This document shows, in pieces, positions 50,548 to 61,857 of a DNA stretch of 64,000 bases; the first letter of the stretch is position 1; each line of letters opens with the position of its first letter. Below the pieces are notes generated by a model. It did not search any database and was not told where the DNA came from. It saw nothing but the letters and a program-made list of their open reading frames with translations. The stretch is from Fimbriosthenelais zetlandica (lineage: Eukaryota), in the NCBI GenBank assembly GCA_977030845.1, contig OZ365110.1, positions 6,572,001 to 6,636,000 of the forward strand. The letters run 5' to 3'. The position numbers were made by a program, and so were the translations under genes.

Positions 50548-53500
50548 ATGTCAGAAAAAGTTGGAGCACTTCCTGCACCAGTTTCCTGCACAAAACATCC
50601 GAGCCACATTAGCCAAGCGATATCAGGGTCGATGAACGATATGGAGGTAGCAGAGGCTAGGCTTACCAGAACTCGATCGTTTAAAGAACGCCCTTTGTCC
50701 TGTGGATCTGATTCGGGGTATTCTGGATCCATGGGGAGTAACCCAGACAGGCTTTCCATGGCTGACCCCCATAGCAACAACCTCTTACCTATGAACATTG
50801 GATGCCATTCACAAGGCAATGGATTGCCTAAGGATTCCAACCATGGGGCCACCCCTATATTAACTATCAATGGACAAACCCATAATTTTCCTGATGAATA
50901 CAAATCTACTGTTGTGGATATATTAACTTCTAAACCAGAACCAAACTCGGATTCTATTTCTAATGACCAAGGTGGTGTAACTCTGCCCAGGAGATTCCAG
51001 GTGCGCTTCAGAGCAAAGACAGAGAGTTGCCAATGCGATCATCCTATCCATTCATCACCTGGGGATGATCTGAAGGAGAATTCTCATGTGAATGAATCTA
51101 AAATGGTGTCCAAAAACTTAGATATTGTAGGGAATGGTGGAGTTAATGGCAACAAGCATTGTGCGTATCATTCCAGTGTGCCCATAGAAGACGATGATGA
51201 TTTAGAAGACAGAGGGCGTGATATAGGTTTGGCCATCGAATGGCTTAGGCAAGAAATGGTATGTATAGCAATTCCAGATTCAAATACTACTTTGGTTTGT
51301 CAGAGGTAAGAAAGTAATGTCGGTGCTACGGTCCTAGAGAACGAGAAAAGAAGAAGAGAGATAGAGAGAGGAAGAGAGAAAGGGAGAATAATCTGAAAAA
51401 GATCGCAGTATTTTAACAGGGGGCAGGATTGGACTTAATATTTTCCCAAAAGTATGTTCTTATGGAGAGTCAAACCCTTTTTTGAAGGCTACAGTTCTGC
51501 AAATCAGTGCCATTTCTCCTTTTTTGGGAGGGATAAAGCAATGGACCTATTGGCCAGAGGTGGATGTGCAATGGACCCACCCGACCCGTGATTGGGCATC
51601 CTGATCCTATTTTTCAGTGAATCAGTGTTTATGTACAGGATTGAAGCAATACAATAATTTTGTCTCCACCTCAGTGACAGGACAAACCTTATGTATACTC
51701 CATGACAATTAGTGTTCAGATATGCACGGAAAAGCTCTGTGACTATCTTTAGCTTACAAGACTCACCCTGAACACAAGATGACACAGAGTATAGTGGTAA
51801 TGAACCTGTCATTGAGATCAATGATAAATCTCGTAGATCGCAGTATTGACACTCCGCTAAGCTTTAGGTTAATGCTTTTCCACTCAATGCCTCCATACAA
51901 AAGCCCAGATAAGACTTTATAGTACTTTATACCGACAAATGTTTGATTAATGCTATAGAAGGAAGGTATTCTTGCCTCCGGATAAAGGGTGTTTGATTCG
52001 CCTGACTTAGCTATACTAACATACAATACTTTTCTAATGGGATTTGTCTCGCTCTTGTTTGGATAGATTACTTCGAGGAGTTGTTTTGACACTTTTCACC
52101 GAAACCAAGACCTATTTAAAACGATTTTCCTAGAATACGCGCCCAGAATATATTTGGGATGAATATCTGATGCTACCATTTACTTTTAAGATGTTCCTCT
52201 CTTCCAAGAAAATATCAGTACATATCACATATCGAAGTTGTGATCGAAGCTTCCAAGGCCTTAAAGTTCCACTGGTAGATTTTCCATTGCGACACAAGCA
52301 TCACCTTTGTCGCGGTAGTGTCGCAAGCAAAATCGCAGCAGTGGAGTACAGCCTATAGTAACGTAAGGTGCCCTAAATCCGTCAGGGTCCTTAATACCGT
52401 CAGTAAAATTCAAGCTTGCATTTTGAGTACAAATTTAAAAACGCATATATATATAGAATAGGCCTACCTATAGATCATCCAACAGAACAGTTACTGTTTG
52501 TTTTCAGTGAAAATCCCGGGTGCAAACTATATACATTTTCACTGACGCTATTAGGACACCCTGGCGATATTAGGGCACCTTATATATTCTACATTCTTAC
52601 TATTACATCCCAACTTTTTGTGAGTTGGGTACATTGTGCAAGGTTTGCCATTTTTCTGCCATATAGAAGCAGTCATTATTAACGAATCCTTCTCAAAGTC
52701 ATTGTGAAACGTTTTATTCAGAATGAGTTGGCAATAGGTATCTTCTCTGTGGGGATGAATAGTTGACGCTTACAATGGACTGTAGGCGACCATTAGACCT
52801 TGTGAATATGGGGTAAGGTATTCGCAGGTCGACAGCTCTCACCCATTTTGGCGTTCAGCCATACTGATTCTCCTCCCGGGCTCTCATAGCGTTATAATCT
52901 ATCCAGACTACCTTCACAGTGCAAAATACAGCTGACTCATCTATAGGTCGTACAATATCATGAAGGTATGTTTTTTGAGAAAAATCCCGCCCCCCTCCCT
53001 TTTCCCCTTTAAGTCATAGGGGTAGGGGTTCCAGGCCTGTGAAGGGGGTGGGGGGGATCTGATTGAATAGGCTAATTGTGGTACTAGAAATCCTCTCTGA
53101 AATTAGTCGGGTGGGGGTGGAGTATTGGTTATGAGTCAAAATAATAATTACTAGGCTAATTGTGGAACTAAAATTATCTCTAGAACCTCCCATGTCAAAA
53201 GTTAAACTTAAAGGAAAGAATGTACCACTGAAACTATTATAAAATTTATTTATATTGGGAAAAGGAGGAAGTTTCTGTTCCCAGAACTGCCTAAGGCATC
53301 AACAAATACCGCTGGAGATAACCTTGCACCTCTGACTTGAGAAAAATACTCTTCAATATGATCCACACATTCCATAGAAATATATACACAGAACCTTTCA
53401 GCAGCTATATATAAAGCACCTGCATGGAAGCAGGAATAATAACGGAAGTCCATGGAAGAATCGAGGATGAAGGACGCCCATATGGATGCATCATAAAGAG

Positions 53501-56500
53501 GTTTCCGTATTTTTGCAACCACTGTTTTAATCCCAGTGGGGAACCGTTTTTGCAGCGCACAAAATCGGGATAGTACGTAACTATCACCATTTTTGCATTC
53601 AAAATACCTTCGTTTTGGACCCATCGTTTTTGTACCCTGTCAACCTCTATTGGTGTCACCTATGTTGATCCTATATTGGATCGAGTTTTAACATTTGAGC
53701 CGATCGGATGAGAGACCGATCAGCTGAAAAATCGGCAATGTGCAATGTTGATTCGAAACATCAACAGCTATTATATCAGATATGATATCTGCCTCCATTT
53801 GCCAGGCACAGACAAGTTTACAGGGGATTTACACACCTAGTAATCTGTGGTAGATGTTGGAGCAAGCCTGATGGTGGCATCTGGAGAATTTTGCTTCGTT
53901 TCTCTCACATTCTCTCATCATAAGCTCAATATGGATTCAGATTAGCATTCATGCCTGTAATCAAGTTCTGTCATTTTTCATATTGACATATTTTGTCAAT
54001 AAGTCATGAAAAACATTTTTGTTCAATGTTTTCCAATTCCCTTATCATCGTTTGAAGTCATTTTAGGTATTCCCCTCATCTATATTTGAAACCTCCCTTT
54101 CTCTCGCGCGGGACATTGCACTTAGTTCCAAAGGTTTTTAAACTAAAAGTTTGCAATATTCATTCATATTATCTGGCCATAAATCAATAAATTCCTTGCC
54201 TACATTGGGTGGGGCAAGGTCTGTTTTTATCCTCATTGTGAGGAAGGAAATGTCCCATTATCCTGCCTATACAGGGCGGTCACTGTTATAGCTGTTCAAT
54301 GCATTGGTATCCAGGTGTGCTTTGGGATCTATTGGGGGACTTTTAACAACACATGGGTTGTCGGTAACTACAGTAGAACCTCTCTATTAAGGACAGGCTC
54401 GGTCGCACCTAATTTTGTCCGTAATGCGAGGTTGTCGTAATAAGGAGTACCCTGGTTTCCCAATACACAAACAAATAGAGATGTGTATTGGCAAGTGGAT
54501 AGTACTATCAACAGTGTTGTATCAATTTGATAATATTTTACTACTATAGGGAAGATACTAGAAAATGATTTTAAGAACATATATTATAGAAGCATGCCAT
54601 TATATTTATTTTTCATTAAATTCATCCCAATCAAAAGAGAGTAGGGCCTATGATACCACAATACAGCTTCTATAAGTACATATAGCCTATGCTTAGATTT
54701 GCTTTAAAGCATTTGTCCGTTATGCGAGGTTGTCGTAATTGAGAGGTGTCCGTATAGCGAGGTTCTACTGTATATTGGATGGTGGGTGGTATTTGGTGGT
54801 TTGCGGGGAGGGGTAAGTTAGAGAGGTGGGGGGTGGGGGGGGGGGCGATGTGCGGTGTCATAATATAGCCTACCTATAGTAAATTGTTGGGGCCAATTGA
54901 GGATAGGCTATTACCCCGTTCCTCCCCCGGCCTATACATACTGCACGGGCCTATTCAGATGGTATTTTGGGGGCTCAAATATTATAGGCCTAATTGTTTT
55001 ACACCACAAGGCCTGAGTCAGCCTCCCCACTTTCATCCGTTGGGCTGACACCCCCTCCCCAACACTATCTTACAAAATCCTGGATCCGTCCGTGGACTGT
55101 CAGTATTTTTTCTCTCCTGTTTGCGGGTAATACATGTATATGTTCATGTAAACACTAGTCGTCCACGTGTAGCTTGTGTAGACTATAGGCTATCAACATT
55201 CATTACTCCAGAGGCACAGGGGTTTGTGCTCGACATGTGGCCTAAAGAACCCACTTGCTCCAGGTGTTAGAATAATGCACTTGCTTTTAGCTGCTTCCTT
55301 CTGTATGGTTTTGACCCATATGCACATCTTTCGGCAAAGATTTCAAGGAATGTTAACTAATTTGAGGTTATTCGGTGCCAATATTTTCACTGAGGGTCGA
55401 CATCCTGCCTATAACCTGAGGTGGCTTATTGCAGGCCTACTTATTACCTCAGAATGGTCAGGGACCATTGTGAAGTTAGCTAATCAATTGTCTATTTTGT
55501 TAGTACGCCCCATTAGCTCTCGCTTCCCTTCAGTGTGTTCGGAGAAAGCTAGTCTAAGATTCTCCTAGTCTAAGAATTTTCTCCCTGCAAGTGTCAATGC
55601 AACGATCGTCCATAGACTACAATGCAACGATCGTCCATTGACTACAATGCAAAGTCCGGCAAGATTTGAGGGGGTGTACATAGTGTAGTGACATGACAGT
55701 TTGCCATGCAGGTGGTCTAGAGGTAAGACACTGGCCTGGAACGTGAGAAGTAGGGGTTCGATTCCCTGCCATGTAAAGTTTTTTGTTCTTGAGTTGCAGA
55801 GACAATATGGCCTGTTTATCATTATTTTGCTCTCACCGCCCCAAAAATTCCAGCCCCGACTCCCATGTCTAGGCCTACCCGTAACAGTCCTACGAACTCC
55901 CTCAAAATCCCCAGCCCGATTTGAAACTTCTAACCGGCCAAAATCGTATGGAATAACCCACTGTGTAGGTACTGCCCATAGGCCCCAATGTTAAAAAATA
56001 TTTAGCCCCCCGGACCCCTAGCAGGCCCCCAATCTCAACCCCGACCCTCATGTCTACCCCCAGCATCCCAACCAACCTTCTCCCAAAAATCCGGCCCGAT
56101 TCTATGCTTCTAACATGTCTAAATCCATTAGATATAGCAAAAGTGTCCCGCCCATAGGCTCAATGTTAAAAATCACTCACGATTACATGGATGTGTGCTA
56201 CACAGCCGGTTTCCCAGTCCAATCCAATCGGTGTTTTCTCTACTAAATACATATTATTTCCACTCAAGTCCACGGTTATCTATAACTTATGACCTCTACT
56301 GATATACCCCAAAAGAACAGAGACGGAAAACGAGGAAAACCCCGATTTCTGTGAAGATGACAGATCGGCCGTACGTATACAGGCCTATAATATGGCCTTT
56401 TAAAAACCTTAACAGCGCCCTCTCACTAAAAGTCGAAAATGTTGAATAATTTTGTAAATAATGGGTCTAAAATTACAATTAAAACGGATTATTCTTAGTT

Positions 56501-58058
56501 GAGAGCATCTCCAGGTGTGTATGTGGTTTTTGTGCACATGAAATTAATTTAAAATTTCGGATTTTGAAAATGGTGCCAATTTTTGTCTTTAGCATTGGGT
56601 TCTATGGAGGAGCAGGCCGGTGCGATTTTGGCGACCCGAGATTTCTAGCGGCGAAAAGGTGAACTAACCTACTGAGATCTAGCCAACGCTCTCTACTCCT
56701 GAATTATATAGAAGGAGCAAGACAGCGCGACAGATAGGCCTACGTGCACCCACCACCTGAGGGCGCCACTGTACCGGCTATTCAGCTTATATCAGAGCCT
56801 TGGATTGAAAATCGGCCCGTGGTCGGGACCATTTGAAAATTAGCTACATTTTGAAAATCGAAATTTTTAGAAGCTGTTTCAGCATTTATATCGTATACCA
56901 CCCACTAGACATTTCCCCAACTAAGATTTTTCATTTTTCATTTTTTAAAAAGACCCAGTGGTTGCCGAGATATTAACGATTTTCGAAATCAGAGTCGTGA
57001 CACAGATTGTGCAAGTCCTTGTCCGACGGAAAATGACACCCTCCTCTATTTCATGTTTAGCTTGATTCCAGTCGTGAGAGGCGGAAGTATGCGAGCGCCT
57101 GACCCAGGTAGCTGCGCAATGAAGCATGAAACCAAAATAGCTTTGTTGTTTTTATTTAATCCCGAGCGTTTGAGTGTACAAGGTTGAGAGAGGAGATACG
57201 TTAGGCTACATCCAAGGATTATATTATTTTCCAGTCTTTATTATCCAGACACGGCGGAGAGAAGAGTCCATAAAGAGATATAAAGATGATTAGAAGGAGA
57301 TGGAGGGAGTACATGTCCTCCGCTGGTGGTGCGTCGTGGTGGTCAGCTGTGTACCATTACCATATCTTGAACATTATCATACAGTCTCAGCACCTGGAAA
57401 GAATGAATAAAATAGGGATTTAAAGATATGGATTGCACAAAAAATGCTTTGAATATTATGAGTTAAATAAATGGGTGCTGGATTTTGTAGTTATTCCAGG
57501 CTTAATAAGTACATCATCGAAAATCTGGAGTATGATTTTCGTCATATATTTATGATCTAATTGACATTTGTTATGGATTTCGAGGGACCTTAACGCCATG
57601 AAGATAATGAAAAGCGTTTGATAGATCGGTGGAGTTGGTTCAGAATGGCAAATGTACAGAGATGATTATATGCCAATTGAGGCTACTGTCACATTTTATT
57701 CACATTTTCTCTAAAGGAACTTTGTTCGGTTTTGCAGGTTCGGATGAAGGAGCAGGACAAGGACCTCATGCGGACGTTTCTAGAACTACGCTCTTCCATT
57801 CACGGTTTGCGGAACATTTCCCAAAGTCCACACAGTGCCACTGACCTAACCTCAATGTCAACCAATAACCTCCACAGATTAGAGGTTCCCAATGGGGGAT
57901 CCTCTTGCTCTGCTACCTCGTCTCCAGCCCCCTCCCGGGGCCTCCTCAGAGGGGATGAATGTCAGGTGGAATTTAGGGCTAGAACTGTTTCCATGCTACC
58001 CCCAAGACCAAAGAAAGACAAACTCCAAGTTAAAGCCTTCAGTAAGGAATTGCTATGA
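50548..58058 (+). CDS. FAM167: FAM167-family protein (about 343 aa, disordered N-terminus plus FAM167 helical motif)
   Basis: Exon 50548-51258 ends GLAIEWLRQEM|gtatgt; exon 57738-58058 begins VRMKEQDKDLMRTFLELRSSIHGLR, matching the family pattern (LEWLRxELxxMxxQDxxLxxQLxxLRxxIxxL). Acceptor at 50497 implies an upstream exon, so the true start is uncertain. Confidence 0.72.
54371..54770. mobile_element. Tigger/pogo-like MITE, 400 bp, TA target duplication
   Basis: TA-CAGTAGAACCTC ... GAGGTTCTACTG-TA; imperfect TIR extends to about 25 bp; internal repeat TGTCCGT(A/T)ATGCGAGGTTGTCGTAAT near both ends. Confidence 0.82.
55587..55650. repeat. 25-bp tandem repeat, about 2.3 units
   Basis: CAATGCAACGATCGTCCAT(A/T)GACTA repeated. 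Confidence 0.85.
55707..55786 (+). pseudogene. tRNA-like element (tRNA pseudogene or SINE head)
   Basis: A box TGGTCTAGAGG, D stem GTCT/AGAC, loop CTGGAAC, B box GGTTCGATTCC, T6 run downstream; acceptor stem has one deletion. Confidence 0.55.
55845..56172. repeat. Degenerate satellite dimer, period about 178 bp
   Basis: CCCCGAC...CATGTCTA, CCCAAAAATCC..GCCCGATT...CTTCTAAC and GCCCATAGGC..CAATGTTAAAAA each occur twice in order. Confidence 0.65.
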
Positions 58059-58713
58059 CACCAAAAATGACATCAACTCCCTCAAGAAATCACTGAGATA
58101 ACCAAGAACTGACAGTAGGCCTACTTATTGTAGGTGTTATGCTATTAATTGCTGGGTCAACGTTTTTATAATTGTGCTTAAAATCAGGTTTATTGTGCAT
58201 TCAAGTTCAACTGGTACTTCATGAAATCATGATTGAAAATAAATGGTTGCTTGACCTTATAATTATGGTTCATTAAATGATTGTTTTCCCAAACAGTCGA
58301 TCAGGTCTTGAGATCTTATTCAAAGCTTGAAGTGCATTTAGGTACGGTATACTAATAAAATCCCTAGTCAGTTAAATTATTGATATAATTCTACTTATCA
58401 GGTTGTAAAAAAGATTAGACTTGGGCAAAAGACTATATAAATGAACTCTAGGTTGTTTGAGTGTTTTTAAAATGTAAAATTTAAAATGTTTTTTTTTCAA
58501 ATATTTGGAATACATAGGCTTAATTGTATGTTTAAAAAATTGTAGCAACTACCTATCGTATATTTTTAATAATCAGGCATTGTTAACTTTGCTCATTGAG
58601 AGAAACGTGAATTTACTAATATGACGTCTTTAGAAATGGTTACATTGTGTAATTTTTGTTTATTATTATTGCAAAGTAGAATGTATACTTGTACAATTTC
58701 CTATTTGTATAAG

Positions 58714-58766
58714 AATAAAACAAATACATGACTTCTATTTCTTTATATTATGCAGACTTATTTATT
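58714..58766. terminator. Opposed candidate polyadenylation signals (FAM167 + / ETS -)
   Basis: AATAAA at 58714-58719 (+) and 58761-58766 (-); earlier + strand AATAAA at about 58238 and 58353 are alternatives. Confidence 0.4.
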
Positions 58767-59009
58767 GTTACGCATACAATTAAAGCAAAACCATTTACTT
58801 AATCCACATATTACTATGTTAAGGAATCTTATATTCTACAGAACCAATACTTGCTGGTCTATATACTGTAGATAATTCATGTAAGATACACAATTAATAT
58901 GGAATCATGGAAAACATGAGTAAAGAGACAAATATGAAATCAATACAACAAAGTCAACACAATAAAAACATTGGGAAAATCCCTTGAATACTGTCAATGA
59001 CGGCTGGGC

Positions 59010-60885
59010 CTAATGGCAACCATATAGTCCTAATCCCTGGTGGGAGATTCGTGTACCATACCCGTACCCGACTGATTCTCCCCGCTGACGGTAGGTGGTA
59101 GCAGTTACCATAGTAGCCGAATTACTGGGCTGAAAGACCATGGAGGAGGGATTGAGATTACCCCTGGCGGTCTCCCCTGTACCTCCTATATGCATTCCCT
59201 CCAGTGGATAATAGGGGTATGTGTTAGCACGGTACATGCCTCTCTCAGGGCTATATTGCTTGTTGTATTGACTTGAAGGATATGTACTCGGACAATACCC
59301 ACTAGAGGGACTCCCAGGCTGGACGCTGTCTAACTGTCTGACTGGTGTTACCATAGCAACGCCACTGACGCTGGAGCACATTGGTTGTGACGTCATGACT
59401 GGGAGGTAGCCGTGGTATCGGGGTAGTGATGTGACGTTGGTGTAAGGTGTGGTCGGTAGGCTTGCAGTGGTTGGAGGGGGGAAGGTGTGAGGGAATGTTG
59501 ATGGTTGGTAACCATGATAACCAGCGCCCAGCATCCAGGGGAGAGCTGCGGCGTACACCACCTCCCTGTTGCCAGAGATGGTGAGGAGAGTGGGGAAGTC
59601 GAACTTGTAGGAATAGCGCTTGCCATGGAGCTTTAGCAAAATGTTTTTGTCGTAGTAATACCGAAGAGCACGACTGAAAAATATAAAATGTTTAAATAAA
59701 AATGTGAACAGATAATTGGGCCGTGGAGAAATTGGGACAAGTTGTGCCAAGTTAAATAATAAATCGACCTCTCTGTCTCCATCTCTCTATCTCACCCTGT
59801 CTCACTGTTTCCCTTCCCTCACTTCTCTTGTAAAAATTCTCATATAAAGCCATATATACAGTCATATTTATGAAGCCTAACCCTAAGGCCTAACCCTATG
59901 AGTATCACCTGCATGTGCCCCCACCCTCCACATCCCCCCCCCCCCATCCCCCACCCACGGAAAACATCCCGGAGTCGAGACTTGGCACTTTTCTCCTCCC
60001 TCCCCTTCCTAGCTATCAATATCAAAAATAATGTTAAACTGACCTGAGTTTGTCGTAGTTCATGTTAGGTTTGTTCTTCCTCTTGCCCCACCTGGTGGCC
60101 AGGACATCAGGCTGAGTGACACGGAACTCGCCGTCCGTGCCCTCCCACACCACACACGCCTCCACGCCCTCTATCGGCGACTCTCCCAGTAACTCCAGGA
60201 GAAACTGCCACAGCTGGATCTGACCTTTACCCGGCGCATCTATCAGAGATGGAAGGAAGAAAAACAATGATTAGACTACCTATGATGCCAAAGAAAATGA
60301 CTTCTGACGAAAAGCTACGAGCTTAATTAGGTCTATATATTAGGAAAAGTCATCAGAAAAATGTGTCAATAATTATTGTCACTGAATATGTAAATATTAT
60401 CACTGAATATTATATATGCCTACCAAGCATTAGAAAAAATCTATATGTGTCCTGTCTTTATTTTGAATGAACTGTTGGAGTGATTTTTAGTTAAATTATC
60501 ATATCTAGAGATTCAACGCTGGGGAAAAAAATATGAAAAACACATTGAAAGCTCGATTATATGCCTACAACCCACCAGGTAATTACATATAGTTATACGT
60601 CACATTATCATCGTTTTTATAGATCTTATCTTACTAAGAATTATTATTAGTTTTGTCTCTAAATTCATGACAAGTACACACCTATAAATCGATGCATAAA
60701 TAAAGGCTATTTAATCACAATTCATAGCTGAAATAAAAAAAATATATTATAAGCTAATATAAAAATTATGTCATACCTTTTGATCCCTTTGACTTCAGTG
60801 TATCAGTGGACATTTTTCCTGTACCATCTGTGGATGTTGTTTCCAAATCTTCTTGGACATTTTTACAATTGTCAATTTTTTCCAT
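59010..60885 (-). CDS. ETS-domain transcription factor, ERG/FLI1/FEV class, no PNT domain (about 322 aa)
   Basis: Exons 60777-60885, 60044-60239 ([13 protein letters not shown]...[10 protein letters not shown]), 59010-59673 ([26 protein letters not shown] plus P/S/T/Y-rich tail); in-frame stop upstream of ATG 60885. Confidence 0.92.
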
Positions 60886-61270
60886 TGTCCTCCTTGGTGG
60901 GAAAAAGGTTTTCCTCCACGCTAAATTATGGGAAATTATAATGTTCCTTGTCGATAATCAGACTTCCGCTGGTGATTTCCGACTAAATGGGGGACCTTCC
61001 TTATCAAGCAAGGTGCTTGTTCCTTTCTGACCTCCTTGTGAAATTGCACGGCTTTTTAATTGCTGGAACACAATTAACAATCGCACTTCCCTCCCAGCAT
61101 GAATGGGGCTTCAAATTCCCCGCAATCCATACGCGATGCTGATTGGTTAGCTCGTTTCTACGGCCACGTGCCTCAATTCGGATCTCGCGCTGATTGGATG
61201 AGTGCGGAGCCCACCCACCCAACAACGCCCCCCCCCCCACCAATACACATCCCGCCCCTACGAGCCAATA
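60886..61270 (-). promoter_or_regulatory. Putative promoter/5' region of the ETS gene
   Basis: Four CCAAT/ATTGG boxes (about 61142, 61193, 61240, 61266), GC box about 61251, ETS cores about 60962 and 61084. Confidence 0.55.
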
Positions 61271-61818
61271 CCTATTTTTCGTTCATTCTATCAAAAAATC
61301 ACGTTAAAAAGTTTAAATAGATGATACAGTAAAGTATGTGTTATACAAACGAAGGCCTATGTATTTTTATCTATGACTTCCAAAATGCATTAGCAGTAAA
61401 GAAGGAATAGAACAATGATCATTTATGAATTCGTGAAAACGTCACTCGATCCATCGCTCCAATTTCCTTGAAGCCAAAACACAAAATCGAAGAAAAAGAG
61501 AAGAGAAAGAACTGACTTCCTATAAATTGTTAGATGTAAGGTAGGTGTCCAGTCAACTGCATAAATAGTTTTAAACAGCGGTAATAGAGATTTCTTTTCA
61601 CCTGAACAAGTATTGACGCAAGAGCTTACTGGGGCGAATGGACTTCAAAGTGCCCAGCTTCAACCCGACACATACACACGTCAAAAAGTCCATCACGCAA
61701 TGTTAAAATAATTTCCACCGGAAAGACCGCGAGCAAAAAAATATTTAAGCCAAACTATGACTTTTCAGTTAATTCATGATGCTTTGAAAGATGGATGAGG
61801 TGAATGAAAATCTTGAAC

Positions 61819-61857
<39 letters not shown>

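Noticed and set aside
50517-50903. 128-aa minus ORF
   Set aside because: Antisense shadow of the FAM167 exon
51763-52092. IKYYKVLSGLLYGGIEW resembling the LINE post-RT motif (LYK..VL..LLYG.E.W)
   Set aside because: Single weak motif, no RT core or endonuclease seen; needs a Dfam/HMMER hit to support
53250-53659. Two overlapping minus ORFs (124 and 84 aa) in the FAM167 intron
   Set aside because: No recognisable motif or splice context; cannot support as gene or transposase without a search
60085-60102. CTCF-like CCACCTGGTGGCC
   Set aside because: Explained by ETS-domain codons (LATRWG) on the minus strand
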